A stretch of 64,000 bases of DNA from Dicyema japonicum (taxonomy: Eukaryota > Animalia > Dicyemida): assembly GCA_011109175.1 (NCBI GenBank), contig RDEW01000072.1, positions 1 to 64,000 of the forward strand, read 5' to 3'. Positions 12,500 to 25,224 of this stretch are shown in pieces. Numbering within the stretch: the stretch's first letter is position 1; every line of letters starts with the position of its first letter. Position numbers and translations under genes: made by a program. The notes under the pieces were generated by a model that had not been told where the DNA came from, did no database searches, and was given only the letters and a program-made list of their open reading frames with translations.

Positions 12500-13488
12500 A
12501 TGAATATTTTAGTCATTTTGATGCAATCCATTATAGCAAGTAGATTTGTTTTTATGATTTAAGTATGTTACAACTCTTTTAATATTGGACATCATGGATA
12601 TATGATTTATCCACATCTGACTAGAGTTCCAGATCCAATTTGTAATTACGGTTATCCAGTTATCATTAATGATGTTGATGAACTTTTAGGTTTGATTAGT
12701 GAGTGATTTTATTATTTTAATAGATAAAATAGGTCAAGACTTTTGGATTCAAGGAAAGTTCGTTCAAGGAGAATTTTATTTAATTAATGGTACAAAGATG
12801 GTTTTTATAAATCACGAATTTTAGCCTTCACGAATTTAGTTGGAGAGTATGACTCAGATTATTATTACATTTCTGTTAAGGCCTGTCAATTAAAAATGAC
12901 TTTCCAATACCGTATAGAATATTTAGTATTTGTATGCGAAATTGGTATCAAAATATATTATTTTAGATTACCCTATTATTGCTACTAATGATTATGTGCG
13001 ACCGCAAACTTCTCTTATTTATCGGAGATCTATACCGAAGTATGCACAGCAAAACCACGCCACTTATTATATACATGATGGGAGAGGATACATCGTCACT
13101 AATAAATATCATAATTATACGCAATTGGGTCTTGCATGTGGACAATATCATGCTACTGTAGTTGAGATTTACGATGATCAAGAGAAAGAATTAATATATA
13201 GTAACTTTATAATAATTGTTCAGATATAATTGAAGCGGATTCATTTGTCGATGACAGACGTGGTTATTCAGATGACATTAAAATTATTGAGTATTGCTTT
13301 GGTGAAATTGTGGACTTGGGGTATATGAAATATTTTGTTCTGCAGCATGTAATATGTGAGACAGGTTGCTATAATATTTGAGTATAGATGAACAAACAAT
13401 AGTCAATATGTTTGTCGGAAAAACACGATTTGATAATAATCCGAATATTACAACGACTCGACCCTTCATAATTCCCCCAAACAATTAA
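12500..13488 (+). CDS. 7-exon secreted C-type-lectin-like gene, copy 2 (+2 nt at the start of exon 4)
   Basis: Exons 12500-12539, 12564-12698, 12724-12800, 12825-12944, 12967-13200, 13224-13364, 13388-13488. Introns have the same positions and sizes as copy 1. Spliced length is 848 nt (846 needed). Confidence 0.8.
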
Positions 13489-13704
13489 CAAACTAATGAT
13501 TAGTTAACTAATTCCGTTATTCTTTAATCCAGTGGTCCCTACCTATTTGAGAGCACTGAATCCTATCGACATTTTTCAATTTATACGGAACCCTTATATA
13601 GTTTTTAACAATTTATCAGTATTTACTAATATGTCGCGCGCACAACGCACAACCGAGCAACAAATCATGTGTCAATCAATGTCAATTTCTTCTAATTTGA
13701 TTTG

Positions 13705-14606
13705 AGGGATAAACGCAGGTCTTCTTCCACATACAGTAGGTTCGCGCGTTTTATGTTTTATATTTGTTAATGCAGAATATCCACTTTCACAGAGATAAGT
13801 CGTTGAAAACTGGACCAAATCCCTTAAAGCTTTGTTTGGCAGAATAGGACATTTTTTTGATGATCAGCTAAACAAGAATCAATATCAAACTTAAATATTC
13901 CATTTTTAACGTTCTGTCACTTGAATCAAACGCAAGTTTTTCTTCCTCTTAATGATAGCTCGTTTCCAGTAGTTTCGTACTCAGCAAAAGGATTCCCCAC
14001 CCTATCATAGAGTTCAACTGATATTGGTGGAAAATAATTAACCAAAGTGTTTAATATCATCAGACATATCCTTGATTCGTCTGTTTACAGAATTATTAGA
14101 AATAGGAATTAATTCAAGCACAGCGGCAGCAATTTCTCCGAACATTATCTTCACTACTTTTTTTTGCAGGTAAAATAACAGTTTTGGCAAGAGTATGTGA
14201 TTTCATATTTTAGCGACAATCTCAGCAAGAGCATAACTAGCATGTAGTGAGTTTTCGGTTTTTTTGAATTTTTGGTAAAACGGGATGCTTGAACATTATT
14301 CTGGTCTAATTTCCAATTTAAAAATATTATTTTTTTCTTGAAAGTTAAGGGTGCTTGGTGGCGAAGTGACGTCTAAGATTCTTGGAACCATAGTACTTCA
14401 CCGCAAACAAACAAAGTGGTAGAAGGCAATCCATGTCTCAGTCCATATAACTTTCTCGATACGATCGAAATTTATAGATATGCACTGTCACAAGACTCCA
14501 TTTAGACACGTGCGAATTAAATTAATTCGTTTCGAAAAATTATTCTTTTGAAAAAAGAATAAAAAAAATATTTTGAACTTCGCGGTACCCAGGTTGGGAA
14601 ACACTG
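13705..14606 (-). mobile_element. hAT (Buster-like) remnant, unit 3; retains ~85 bp (about 14190-14270) missing from units 1 and 2
   Basis: Same sequence as 300-1154; terminus ends at 14606. Confidence 0.8.
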
Positions 14607-17600
14607 ATCTAATCATTCAATTTGAATTATTCAATAAGTAGTACTAGTTTGATAAAATCTCAAATCAAAGTTAAACGAATACCTTTTTTTCTTTTTGATA
14701 ATTTGATTTTCTGAAAAACTAAAATTTAGATTATTTAAAAGTCATGATTATTTTACGAATCCACTTGTTTATGGACATAACAAATCTCCTGGTCGAAAAA
14801 AGCTCGTGATCTTTATTTTTAATCCCACATTGAGAGATAGATTTTTCAGAAAACGTTAAATAGAATAATTTTAAAAGTTTCTCTCATCAATCCCTTGTTC
14901 ATTACTTATGATATTGATCTTTTTCGAGTTTCTATCTGATTGAATTTCACGAGAAAGAAAGCATAGGGCTCTGCCATCCATAACGAAGTTAACATTATAG
15001 TTAGTCCAATAGATGTACGTCACTTCCTTACCTTCATTTGATTAATACTTAGTTTAATAACCAGGTATATAACAAATACTTTTATATTTATTTACACCTA
15101 GTTTTAATTATAAAATATTTGGCAAAAGTATAAGTAACTTCTAGTTGTCGATGGACTAATGAACGTGTGAGTTACAGAAATTTCTGATCTCTCTATGTAC
15201 ATTCCAACTGAACATTCCAAGTATTTACGATACTTCTTAGTTTGACGAGTGACGCCGTCATCCTTGAATGCCTCACTGCGGAACCGGATTGTCTACAACT
15301 GGGTTTCCCAAGGGTGATTTGAAATTTCAAGTGTGAGTTTTTGGGAAATAGTCTTCATGAGGTGATAATATCTATATAAGTTACTAATTATATTTCGTCT
15401 CACACAGTTTGTTACGAAGGCAACCCTGTTCAGGGTCGTAGTGAGGAAGTCAGATGTCATATTTCTTCTTTCATTTGAATACTTATGCAGGAATGTAAAC
15501 CAGCGAGATTCGAATCTAACCGTGAGGATTTTTATGGCGCTTATAACACTCACAACCACCTAATTACACTCCGTCACAATAAAACCACAGCCAAGGTATT
15601 TTCTGCTTTGGAACGATTCTAAGCGAATTGGAAGGCTAAATTTGTTTATCTAGTCTGTATATACCGGAAAAAGGTCAAGAGATAGCAATGCCTGATCAGG
15701 TATATCCATTTTTCACGGTTGGAATAATTCTCATCCTTTCCAGGTCCATCCATATCGCAGTTGTGGGGACCATCAGGTGGAGTAGAGATAGTTCATTTTT
15801 AGAAGGTGGTCAAGCACTGAGCGTTTTCTAAGACAGAAGGATCACATGGCGTTTATTAGTATTCAAAGAGGGTGCGAACTTCGACCACGTAGGTGGCACT
15901 GTGAGAATCGACATATTTCTCTGACAACACTACTACTGTGCTACTTGGTTGACGGTTAAATTATTAATATTTGGAGAATTTTTTCCTAAATAAAATTGAG
16001 TATTCCAACGAAGCTTAGTCATGATTTGAAGCAAAATAAATAACGTTAATCATAGCAAGCAATTGTTCGAGTGTCTTAGATTCGAATGTCCTTAATTTTC
16101 TCCCACATTCACAACATTTTTGGAACACGGTTCATTCATACTGGCAGACTTTCTCAGACTACAGGTCTCGTTGAAACCAGATAATAAGACTAAGAGGTAT
16201 TGAAATTTTTTTATGCTTTTCTACGTTACGTCATTTTCACTGCTAATCCAAACTTTAATATTTTCTAAGCTTTAATCCAAGATACCCGATGTGGAGGCCA
16301 ACCCACGTGTCTAAAAATTAAAACTTAATTTTCGAATCCGACAGTATTATCACTTATTTTGCGTTTGGTAGAACTTGAAGAAATGGAATTGCTGACAGTA
16401 ACTATATAAGATGGAAAAGACGAAATTGAAGGATTTGGGAGTGGGACCCATCTAAACACTACTAGCCCTCTACGACAGTCAGGACCTATGGAATTTCAAT
16501 TGTCCCCCACTTTTAACATGCCTTAATTTATTGAGATGATATCAATTAATTAATGAATTAAGTTTAAAAATAATAATCTTGAAATCTCATTAATTATTCC
16601 AAGGAATAAACAATGTCCTCACCGTCTTCAATTAGGAAACCCATGAGTTTCGAGATCATTGATTTGAAATGGAGGCCTCGTTGAGATGGAAATGGATACT
16701 TCGCTAATATAAAGATGGAGGAGTACTTCGTTGAGAGTTGGTTAAGCTTCTATGACGCCCCCAAGTAACACTTCCTGGAATACTTGGTGCCGATTTCAAG
16801 TAGGTCAAAGAAAAATGAAACGTGGGGAACATTTGACGGCTTTAGAGAGGCAGAACATACAGTGGAAGGTTGACCCACTTAGTTTGATAGTTTCCACCTT
16901 CCGCACATGTAAAACTATAGCTGTTGTGGTTTTGCGTGTGTTGTTTTAATTCTGAGAGCCAATATTCATGACTTTTTATGACAAATAGATATTTTATAAT
17001 AAAAAAGCCAAAAAAGTAAAATAAGTAAGGTGATATTAGTGGAGGTCACACTGTATTAGTATAATAAATTGTCCCCCAAAATATGGTGAGGGAACCATAT
17101 CAGGTCACGGGAGGTCTCCGAGTTGGCAGTGACAAAGAATATGTAATTTAGTGTATTGTCGATGACACGTGAATAATAAAACAAAAATAATTCAAGAATC
17201 CCCCACAAAGCAATATTAGCTGATTATTGAAAACAAAACTAGTTTTTGGAGTGAATATTTCGTGAATCACAATCGAATCGACAATAAAATAGATTTTTAT
17301 GCTCCAAAGGTTTCAGTGATTCAAATTGTGAAATATTTTGCCGAAACATAAGTAAATGTAAAATAAGTAGCAAAGAGGTCCCATAAGTATGCTCATTTAC
17401 CACCAACCTCTTCAAGTAAAGAAGACGGTAATTAACGGAAGGCCATGGTTACAATTATTGTTATTTCCGCGAAAATTAAAATAAGGAAAAATCAACGTAG
17501 GAAATATGCTCACAAAAACAATATTTACAGATAAACAATATTCTGTTTACCAATACATCACAAATGGAATCTTCTAGAATAACCAATACTGACTGGAAGC

Positions 17601-18786
17601 CGAGATATTAACCAGTGAATATAAAACGTGTGGATTAATTTGTAGTGACGAATACAAAACTTGTTTAATAATTAAAATCAGTGATAAAAGAATATTAAAC
17701 GTGGTCTTCAGTTCGCAGTAGAATGGACACTTTCTGAATTGGTTCACTAAGAAAATATAGGAGAAATCCTTTATTGATCTCCTAACGACTTGATAGATCA
17801 TCAGATGAGTCTCTTTCAATTTTTCATCAAAGGACAACAAACAATATCCACATAAAATTTTCTTAGCCACTTATAAATGCACTAAAATGAAAATGTAACC
17901 ATGTTAGTAGCGCAATTTGAAAAAAAATGCAAGCATCAGGCCATAATCAATGTATTTCAGCGAAAATAGACCAAATAGAAATTTTTTCTATTTGAACTAA
18001 GGATCATCTCTCATTCGCTTCTTCCACAGTAGAAATTTAAAATAGGCATAAATGTGAAGTTTCCCCACCCCCAATAATATTAGTCTTCAAGAAAAGACTA
18101 AACATCTCACTAATTCATCTTCCTCTAAGCAAGATCCAAACATAATTTTGTAGTAGACAATTCAATGGGTGAGTTATCGCATCATAAAACTCTTACGCCA
18201 GCAACACTCGTCGATCTTCACAATATCAGTTCCCCATGAGCTGTCCGTTGTGACTAACGAATATTTGTCCCCACTCGCCTGCTCTCTAGGTCTCAGAGTT
18301 CTCCAAAGGTTCACAATACTAGAAAAACCATGGCAATATTCTCCAATCGAAAACCAATATTAATGAGGAATTCCACAAATAACAAAATCAAACAATATCG
18401 GAAATAAAGTCAATAAAGTTGACAATAATATAAAACCAATAAAATTGACTCATCTCTGCAATAAATATAGGGATACATGTCTTGAAGTTGAAATAATGTT
18501 CGAATATTAAGTGGTAGACGTCATCAGTTCATCAATTTAAACGAATTCTGATTCCGCATATTGACATTATTTCAAGTTCACTAAAACAGCTTTATTAAAT
18601 TATTAGCAGCTTATTCTGTCAAATTTTAGAAATAAAGTTGCTATAAGAATATGCTCGCCCGTTTAATTTGAAAATATTGTACTTATTACAGCTTATAAAA
18701 ATATTTCAAGAGCAATACAAAATGTGAATATGCCAAGGTATAACAGATATTTATATTTTATTCGACTTTAGGTTTGCCACAATAAA

Positions 18787-21180
18787 ATTATTATTAGCAG
18801 TCCCAATAAAAAATAAAGTTAAGTTTCCCTTGTGCCGTATTCCGAATATTTTATCGTAAGTTTCGACCATGATCTTTTGTTGCCTGCTAGTTCTCTTAGG
18901 TCGTCAGGTTGATGTGGGATTAGGTTAGTACTCTATGCCGCCCAGCAGTAACTGATTGTCGGAAGTATATATTGGTAGTAAAAATGATCTACTGTTGGGT
19001 GGAACCATCTCTTGTAGTATCCAAGTAGTGTTTTTACAAAGTATGATTTTCGCTGGTAAGAGGAGTTTATGTTGCTCACATATTTGCTGAAGGTCATTAG
19101 TGGGTCATATGTGACCCCAGTATTTTGGTTAAATTTGTGGAAGGATTGTTATTCCATTCAGGGTCAATGAAGGCGGCGAATTAGTCAATCTTCTGTAAAG
19201 ATCATAGAGCTGACTTTTCAGGACATGTGTGTAGTTGGTTCCTTGTAAGTCAACAGTTCAGGATATCCAGTGAATCTTATAAGCGGGTACCCACTGTGTA
19301 GATGCACTGACTCTTGTTCACAGGATTAAATCGTCGATGCAATCAAAGAATAGGATATCGTCGCAGCTGTAAGAAGGCATGTCACGAATGAATAAGTTGA
19401 ATAGAATGGGAGAAGGAGGATCCTTGCGGGACCCCGTTCAGTAGAAATTTTGTGATTGAAGATTTGAAATGGGAGATTACTTTTCCTCTTCGTCTGTTAA
19501 GGAAGTTAGGGTGCCAAATTTTCAGGTTGTTCGTAATATTAGAGCCACAGATCTTCCTAGTGAGCAGTTTCCTCGGTATTGAGTAAAAGCCTTCTTTATG
19601 TCAATGGAACATAATGGTCTTCTGATGACGAGGTTTGCGTTGAAGGCCTTCCTTGATGAATTTTGTCAGGCAGGTAAGGTGGGTAGTTATGGAACGAGCC
19701 TTCTTAAATCCATGTTCGAAGGAAGGATATGTCTGAGAGGTAAGGTTTAATCTGATCGAGAATGAGTTTATCCAGGATTTTGGAGATGGCACATAGGAGG
19801 GATATTGGTCTGTACGAAGTTGGTGAGTTCTTCGGCGTCTAGGTTTTAAGATGGACCGAAATGTGATAGTTTCCATAGAGTGAAAATCAAGTTCCTAATG
19901 ATGGAAAGGTTGTAAATTCTGGTCAAGATGGTGTAGGGGCCTATCTTAAGTACAATGGAGGGAATTCCATTTGGACCACTTGCGTAAGACGATTTCAGGT
20001 TTTGAATAGATTGGAAGGCTGTTTTTGGTTGTCTCGCGTTTTGGTTTTCCTGAGGATGTGGGTGGACCCCGAGTTTTCTGGTGTGGGATGAAGCTCAAGT
20101 AGGAGTAAAATTTTATGATCTTATTTAAAAAGTTCTTATTCTCTATGTCTTCGCATGGAGGCGGTGTCAAAGAATTTGTGAAGAGTATTCCTCATCTTCG
20201 GAAGGGAGGACTCTGTTTAAGGTGTACATAAAATTATTCCAGTCTCTTTCCTGTTCCATTTAGCCTTGTATCTGATCTCTCTATGACTCGGATCTTCGTC
20301 CTGATTTCCCAAGACTGTTTCTGTAGGCTTTTTAGGCAATTTCTTTACTTCGTAAGTGAGTCGTTGCGCGGAAAGGCTTCTTCGTGAAGTGGACTGGCTT
20401 TCTTTTGATAAAAGTCCTCATTCTCTCACGCAGCACACCATTAGAGTAGAGTAAAGCGTTTCGAGAGAGTTGAAGCTGTTAGGGTCAAAACCATGCAAGT
20501 TATGGTCACTTTAGTGTCGTATGATATTGACCAATTGATTAGGGCGGCAATTTCTAAGAAAGCAAGTGTCAGGTCGGGGGAGGAAGTTCTGTCGTTTGCT
20601 CTTTAGGGGGTTCTTATGTTGAATCTGGGATTGTTTAATTCTACAAGTTGTTTCAGCGTTAGCATTGTTAGGCATCCAAAGTTGGTTGAAATTGAAATTC
20701 CGATGTATTCAACGGGGTGGGGAAGTAGAGATGTGCTCTCTTAGGAAAGGGATTTCTTTCTTGATAAGAGTAATTACTCCACCTCCACGGCCTGAGAGGC
20801 GGTCACGTCGAATAATGTTGTAGCCTGGGAAGACAGGGGAGGGAGTGGAGGAAGATAGTTTTGTTTTTTGAAGTAGACAAATGTATGTGTCCTGTTTATT
20901 CAGAAGGTCTCTGAGCTCCAGGACCTTCCCGCTTATTCCGTTAATGTTTAGTTGTAAGAGGACGAGGGCTTTTGGTAGACCACGATTTGGGTTTATATCT
21001 CCGGAGAGCATCAGCAAAGCTTAGACCAAGTTGGGTAAGGCAGACCAATAGGGGGGCCGTCCAGTAAGGATAATCTTCTTGGATTGGAAAGGGTAGTATG
21101 TTTTTTTTGATTGTGAAGTAGACTCTACAACTTGCGCCACCAGAAACAGCGAACCAGATGCGTGCATTTTCAAAAATCGA
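18787..21180 (-). mobile_element. Near full-length degenerate Jockey-like LINE (2A-like motif, APE endonuclease, RT, (TAA)n tail)
   Basis: ORF 20709-21017 contains LQLNINGI...CLLQKTKL (APE). SYRPI-like, FEHGFKK and NGVPQGSS motifs follow, then the tail at ~18787. Confidence 0.85.
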
Positions 21181-21399
21181 AATTATTATTTAAGAAATTT
21201 TAAACAAGATAGAATGACATGTTTAACTATTCAATAGGACTGTTCTCATGTGAGCACAAGACTTGAGGAGTTGTCTCAATAGGTTGCCAATGATGATATC
21301 CCAGTCGAGTGCTTGTGGCACATGTGACTATTAATCTTACTTTTAGATAGAATCTTCCATAAAAATTTGCGTCAAACTTGAGATATTCTATAAAAGTAG

Positions 21400-21600
21400 T
21401 TTTTAGCGGGAATATCAGATAAATATGCTTAACCCGGCATGCTGTCAGATGATATTTTCAAATCAAGATGGAGCCTCTTTGACCACGTGTTACGTCTAAA
21501 TGACTAGATCCCTGCAAATGTCGCAATGGAAAATTACTTCACACACATAGGAGCCGGATTCCGCGGAAGGTCAAAAAGACATTGAGGCTTACGGAGAGGA
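21400..21600 (+). mobile_element. RTE-type LINE 3' fragment
   Basis: PANVAMENYF...GFRGRS peptide, similar to 31560-31670. Confidence 0.55.
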
Positions 21601-22227
21601 TGATGATTCGAATACGGCACAATAGAAACTTAACTAATTCTATGTTTTCTCGGGAGTGCTTATTAATAATAATATTCTATAAGATGAGCTTTACATCCAA
21701 AAAAGCTGAGATTTCAGAGCATGAGAGCGAATGCTAAGAAGGTTTAGTGAATGTTCGTTGGTCTTCTGATTTTAGAATATTTGGCTCAACTAGCACTTCA
21801 TCTTAGAAGACGGTTCATGTATGGTAACAGCTATATTGGGTATTTTGTGGGTTTATTTGAGATTCATTACTAAAATGTGTGTTGAAATGTCCAATTTGGC
21901 TGTTAAACACTTCCAATTGGTTCTTTTACACATATGCTTTATATTGACATACTGACTAGTTCTGCTAATTGGAAATCCACTAAAGAATTATAAGAAAGTC
22001 GGATAAACCCCCTTCAACAATCCTATTAAGTAAAGTACTCGAGATTTCTACGACCCTGGGACTAATTAGAGATAACTAAAAGTTTTGTGGAATTAATTAT
22101 ATTGATTAACATTTTTTAAAGACAAATTTTTCTATTAAACAACTCAGAGTACATAATTTGATAGTTACTTCAATCGGCGTCCACATTTCCCCCAAATTGC
22201 ATCTATACCATTTCAGGTTTAAAGTGG

Positions 22228-22289
22228 GTGGTACTTACCAAAAACAAAGTGGTACTTGTAGGATATAGACGCGTAATATTTTATCAGTG
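22228..22289 (-). mobile_element. End of a CACTG-terminated element with 21-bp subterminal repeats (left arm of an inverted pair)
   Basis: The reverse complement matches 22840-22901 over 62 bp with 2 mismatches. Confidence 0.6.
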
Positions 22290-24397
22290 GCCCTTCTTAT
22301 TGTCTGGTCAGTGAAGTATGACACCAGGAGTGACCACAATCCAATATTTTTGGAGGTCAAAACGAGGTCACGGATAAAAGGACAATGCCCAACGATAACA
22401 AACTACAGCCTTGCGAATTGGAGAGGATTCAAGGAATACGTTGATAATTGTATTGGACTATTAAATTTCCTCACTTTTCCCTCAGTCGAACAATTAGTGA
22501 AATGGTTCAACTCCATTATAAACGCTGCGAAAAAAAAAGTACATTTCTATGGGGAGACAACCTACGTCATCAAAACGTTTCAACACAACGACGAAACATC
22601 TGATCAGAGAACGAAATAATCTAAAGATGGTAAAATCGCCAACAGAAAAGAACATCAGGAAAATACGAGAGCTGAACACAGAGATCGACAACAACATAAA
22701 GACAGAAAATGCAAATAGATGGACGAGACTATCGAAGGCTCTCTACAAAACCCCCCAATGCAGAGAGTATAGATGTGGATCTAAAACACCAAAAGATCCA
22801 CCCCAGAGAGAAAAGTCGAACTCTAAATAAAACCAGACACACTGATAAAATATTACGCGTCTATATCCTACAAGTACCACTTTGCTTATGGTAAGTACCA
22901 CTTTGCTTTTGATAAGTTCCACTTTGCTTTTGATAAGTTCCACTTTGCTTTTGGTAAGTTCCACTTTNCCAACAACTCAGAGGCCAAAGGACCAGACAAC
23001 ATAACCACATGTGAACTGAAGCACCTAGGCCATCGAGTCCTGGAACTATTAGCCTATATTTTCAACCTATCCATTAACACAAATACAATCTGTAATATGG
23101 AAGAAGTCTCTAATCAGACCTATCCGAAAACCCAACAAACCAATAGATTAACCATCTTCCTATCGCCCAATATCTATTCTGAGTCAGGTCTCAAGGATCC
23201 TTGAAAGGCTTGTTTTGAAAAAATACAAGACTCAATCTAATACCTCCGACCCAGCACGGATTCCGGGATAACCATTCGACAACAACACACCTTACAACCC
23301 TCACACGATTCATTGCGGAAGGATTTAACTCCTCCAAACTCCATCAGAGGACAGTACTTATATCCGTGGACATCACAAAATCGTTCGACTCTGTCCCTAG
23401 GGAACTCCTAACAAAGAAAATATGAAACCAACATCATCTGAACTTGAAACTTTGGCTTGGAAACTTTTTAAATGGAAGACGAGCACAAGTACTCTGCAAC
23501 AACATCAAATAAAAATCTCGCTACTTCCCAAATAGAGTCCCTCAAGGCTCCACACTATCACCCCAACTTTTCAATCTCTACATAAAGGACATGCCACAAA
23601 CCTGTAATGAAAACTTTCTAATCCTCTCTATACCGACGATATCATTCTTGCCTACAAGAACACAAGCATTCAATCAGCGAATCAGTCTGCTCAACAAATG
23701 CTTGACAACCTGGAACTATGGCTCTCGAAGCGGAGACTCGACACATCAGCAGCAAAGTCCTTTGTCACACTGTTTACCACCTACAAAAAACAGCTCTGTA
23801 TCGAACCAAAAGTCTTTATGAAGAACGAAGCTATCTCTATTAACAAAACACCGAAGATTCTTGGAGTAACCTTTGATCAGGGACTCACCTTTATCCGGCA
23901 TGTTGAAAACAAAATAACTTCTGCTCTGAAAAAATGAGAATTTTAAAAGTGCTCTCAAAAACACTTAGAGACCAAACTGGTTGCCTTGCCACGATTTATG
24001 AACAATTTATCCGACCAACGATGACGTATGCAAGTCCCTCGTGGGCAATGCAGATTTCACGATCTTCTCATTGAAACTATCGCAATCGAGGAGACTGCAA
24101 TAAGGTTAATTGGACCAGACACAAATCCAACCCATTGAAAATTTCTTAATTGAATTACAACGGAAACTCTTAAAGGAGGCTATTTTACCGAGCTGCCCTC
24201 TATTCCAAATACTATCAAATTATCTACAATCATACAGAAATTTTTAGACGATGTCATGTCTAATGAGAAGAGCTGTTCAGGATTATTGCCCTCGCCGGAC
24301 TTGTCCTCTCCCTTGTCGGTCTGAGATCACTTAGTTAGATGAGAACTTTTATTTCTTTCTCTTTGACTTAGTGATCCTGGGGGTAATAATAATAATA
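22290..24397 (+). mobile_element. Degenerate Jockey-like LINE (APE C-terminus, RT, 3' tail)
   Basis: SDHNPI, KAKGPD, SYRPISLLS, QHGFR, VPQGSTLSP and KILGVTFD motifs; tail ...GTGATCCTGGGGG(TAA)n. Confidence 0.85.
22840..22967 (+). repeat. CACTG terminus followed by a 21-bp minisatellite (~4.7 copies of AAGTWCCACTTTGCTTWTGRT), ending at an N
   Basis: Direct repeats from 22872 to 22967; N at 22968. Confidence 0.85.
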
Positions 24398-24789
24398 ACA
24401 CGAGAAGCAATTTAAAAAAATTAAGATTTTTAGTGAATCGGGACAACTAGATGAATTTATTGAGTGGAGAGAAAAGCCAAAACTAAAAAGAGATGCTCAA
24501 AGTCTCAGTTTCAAAGAATCCGTGGCCTACATCTACTATAAATGGTAGAGAGTTGCGATTCTTTTTTGAGGAAGCAGAATTAAAACTAAAATGCATTAAA
24601 GTTGTATATTTGTTGATTTAAATTAGGCTAAACATAATCTAAATCACTTTGGACGTAATAAATTATATAGTTTATTGTCACTTACCATTTATGGTGCAAC
24701 ACGTAGTGAAGTGGACACTGTGGTATTTAAATGTGTTTTTTGTCAGGTACATTATTAATTCTAACAATTTTAGTCTCAACATGACGTTA

Positions 24790-25224
24790 AACAACGCACT
24801 TTCCTCTGCTGGCCGCTAATTCATTTTGAAGCTGACTGATCTCACTAGAAGAGATGACAAACGCCCCCACGGAATGACAACATCATCTTTTGCTAATGGT
24901 CGGAACCTGTTTTGGAATGCTACATGTGTTGATACATACTCTCCGAAGAATTTAGTCGCTTATGTCTCGGATCCAGGTCATGCGTCTAAGCAAGCCGAGG
25001 ATAAGAAAAGAAGAAAGTACCGAAGCATTTCGGATGATCATTTGTTTGTCCCATTTAGTGTTGAGACGTCAAAAATCCTTGTCCCACAAGTTAAAGACCT
25101 AGTTCATCTGATCGGCTCAATGATCCAAAGGGTCAACAAGAATCCAAGTGTGACTGGATGGCTTCGAGAGCGCATCTCAAAAGCTATTTCCAGAGGAAAC
25201 AGCCTGGCGATTCAAGCTCTTTAG
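24790..25224 (+). mobile_element. CRE-like non-LTR retrotransposon 3' end (restriction-like endonuclease region)
   Basis: RPHGMT...WNATCVDT...KRRKY...FVPFSVET...RERISKAISRGN, typical of the RLE C-terminus. Confidence 0.8.

Larger units (their letters stand above)
1..19409. repeat. Tandem segmental array, ~6.7 kb unit, about 3 copies visible (array starts upstream of the window)
   Basis: ACTCGACCCTTCATAATTCCCCCAAACAATTAACAAACT recurs at 1, 6744 and 13456 (spacings 6743 and 6712). Collinear similarity continues to 19409. The third copy has extra segments and stops before the lectin-like gene. Confidence 0.97.

Noticed and set aside
22872-22967. CRISPR-like array, or repeat protein ORF 22743-22964 (MELTKSKVELIKSK...)
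   Set aside because: Contiguous 21-bp tandem units with no spacers in a eukaryotic context; the ORF is just the translated minisatellite.
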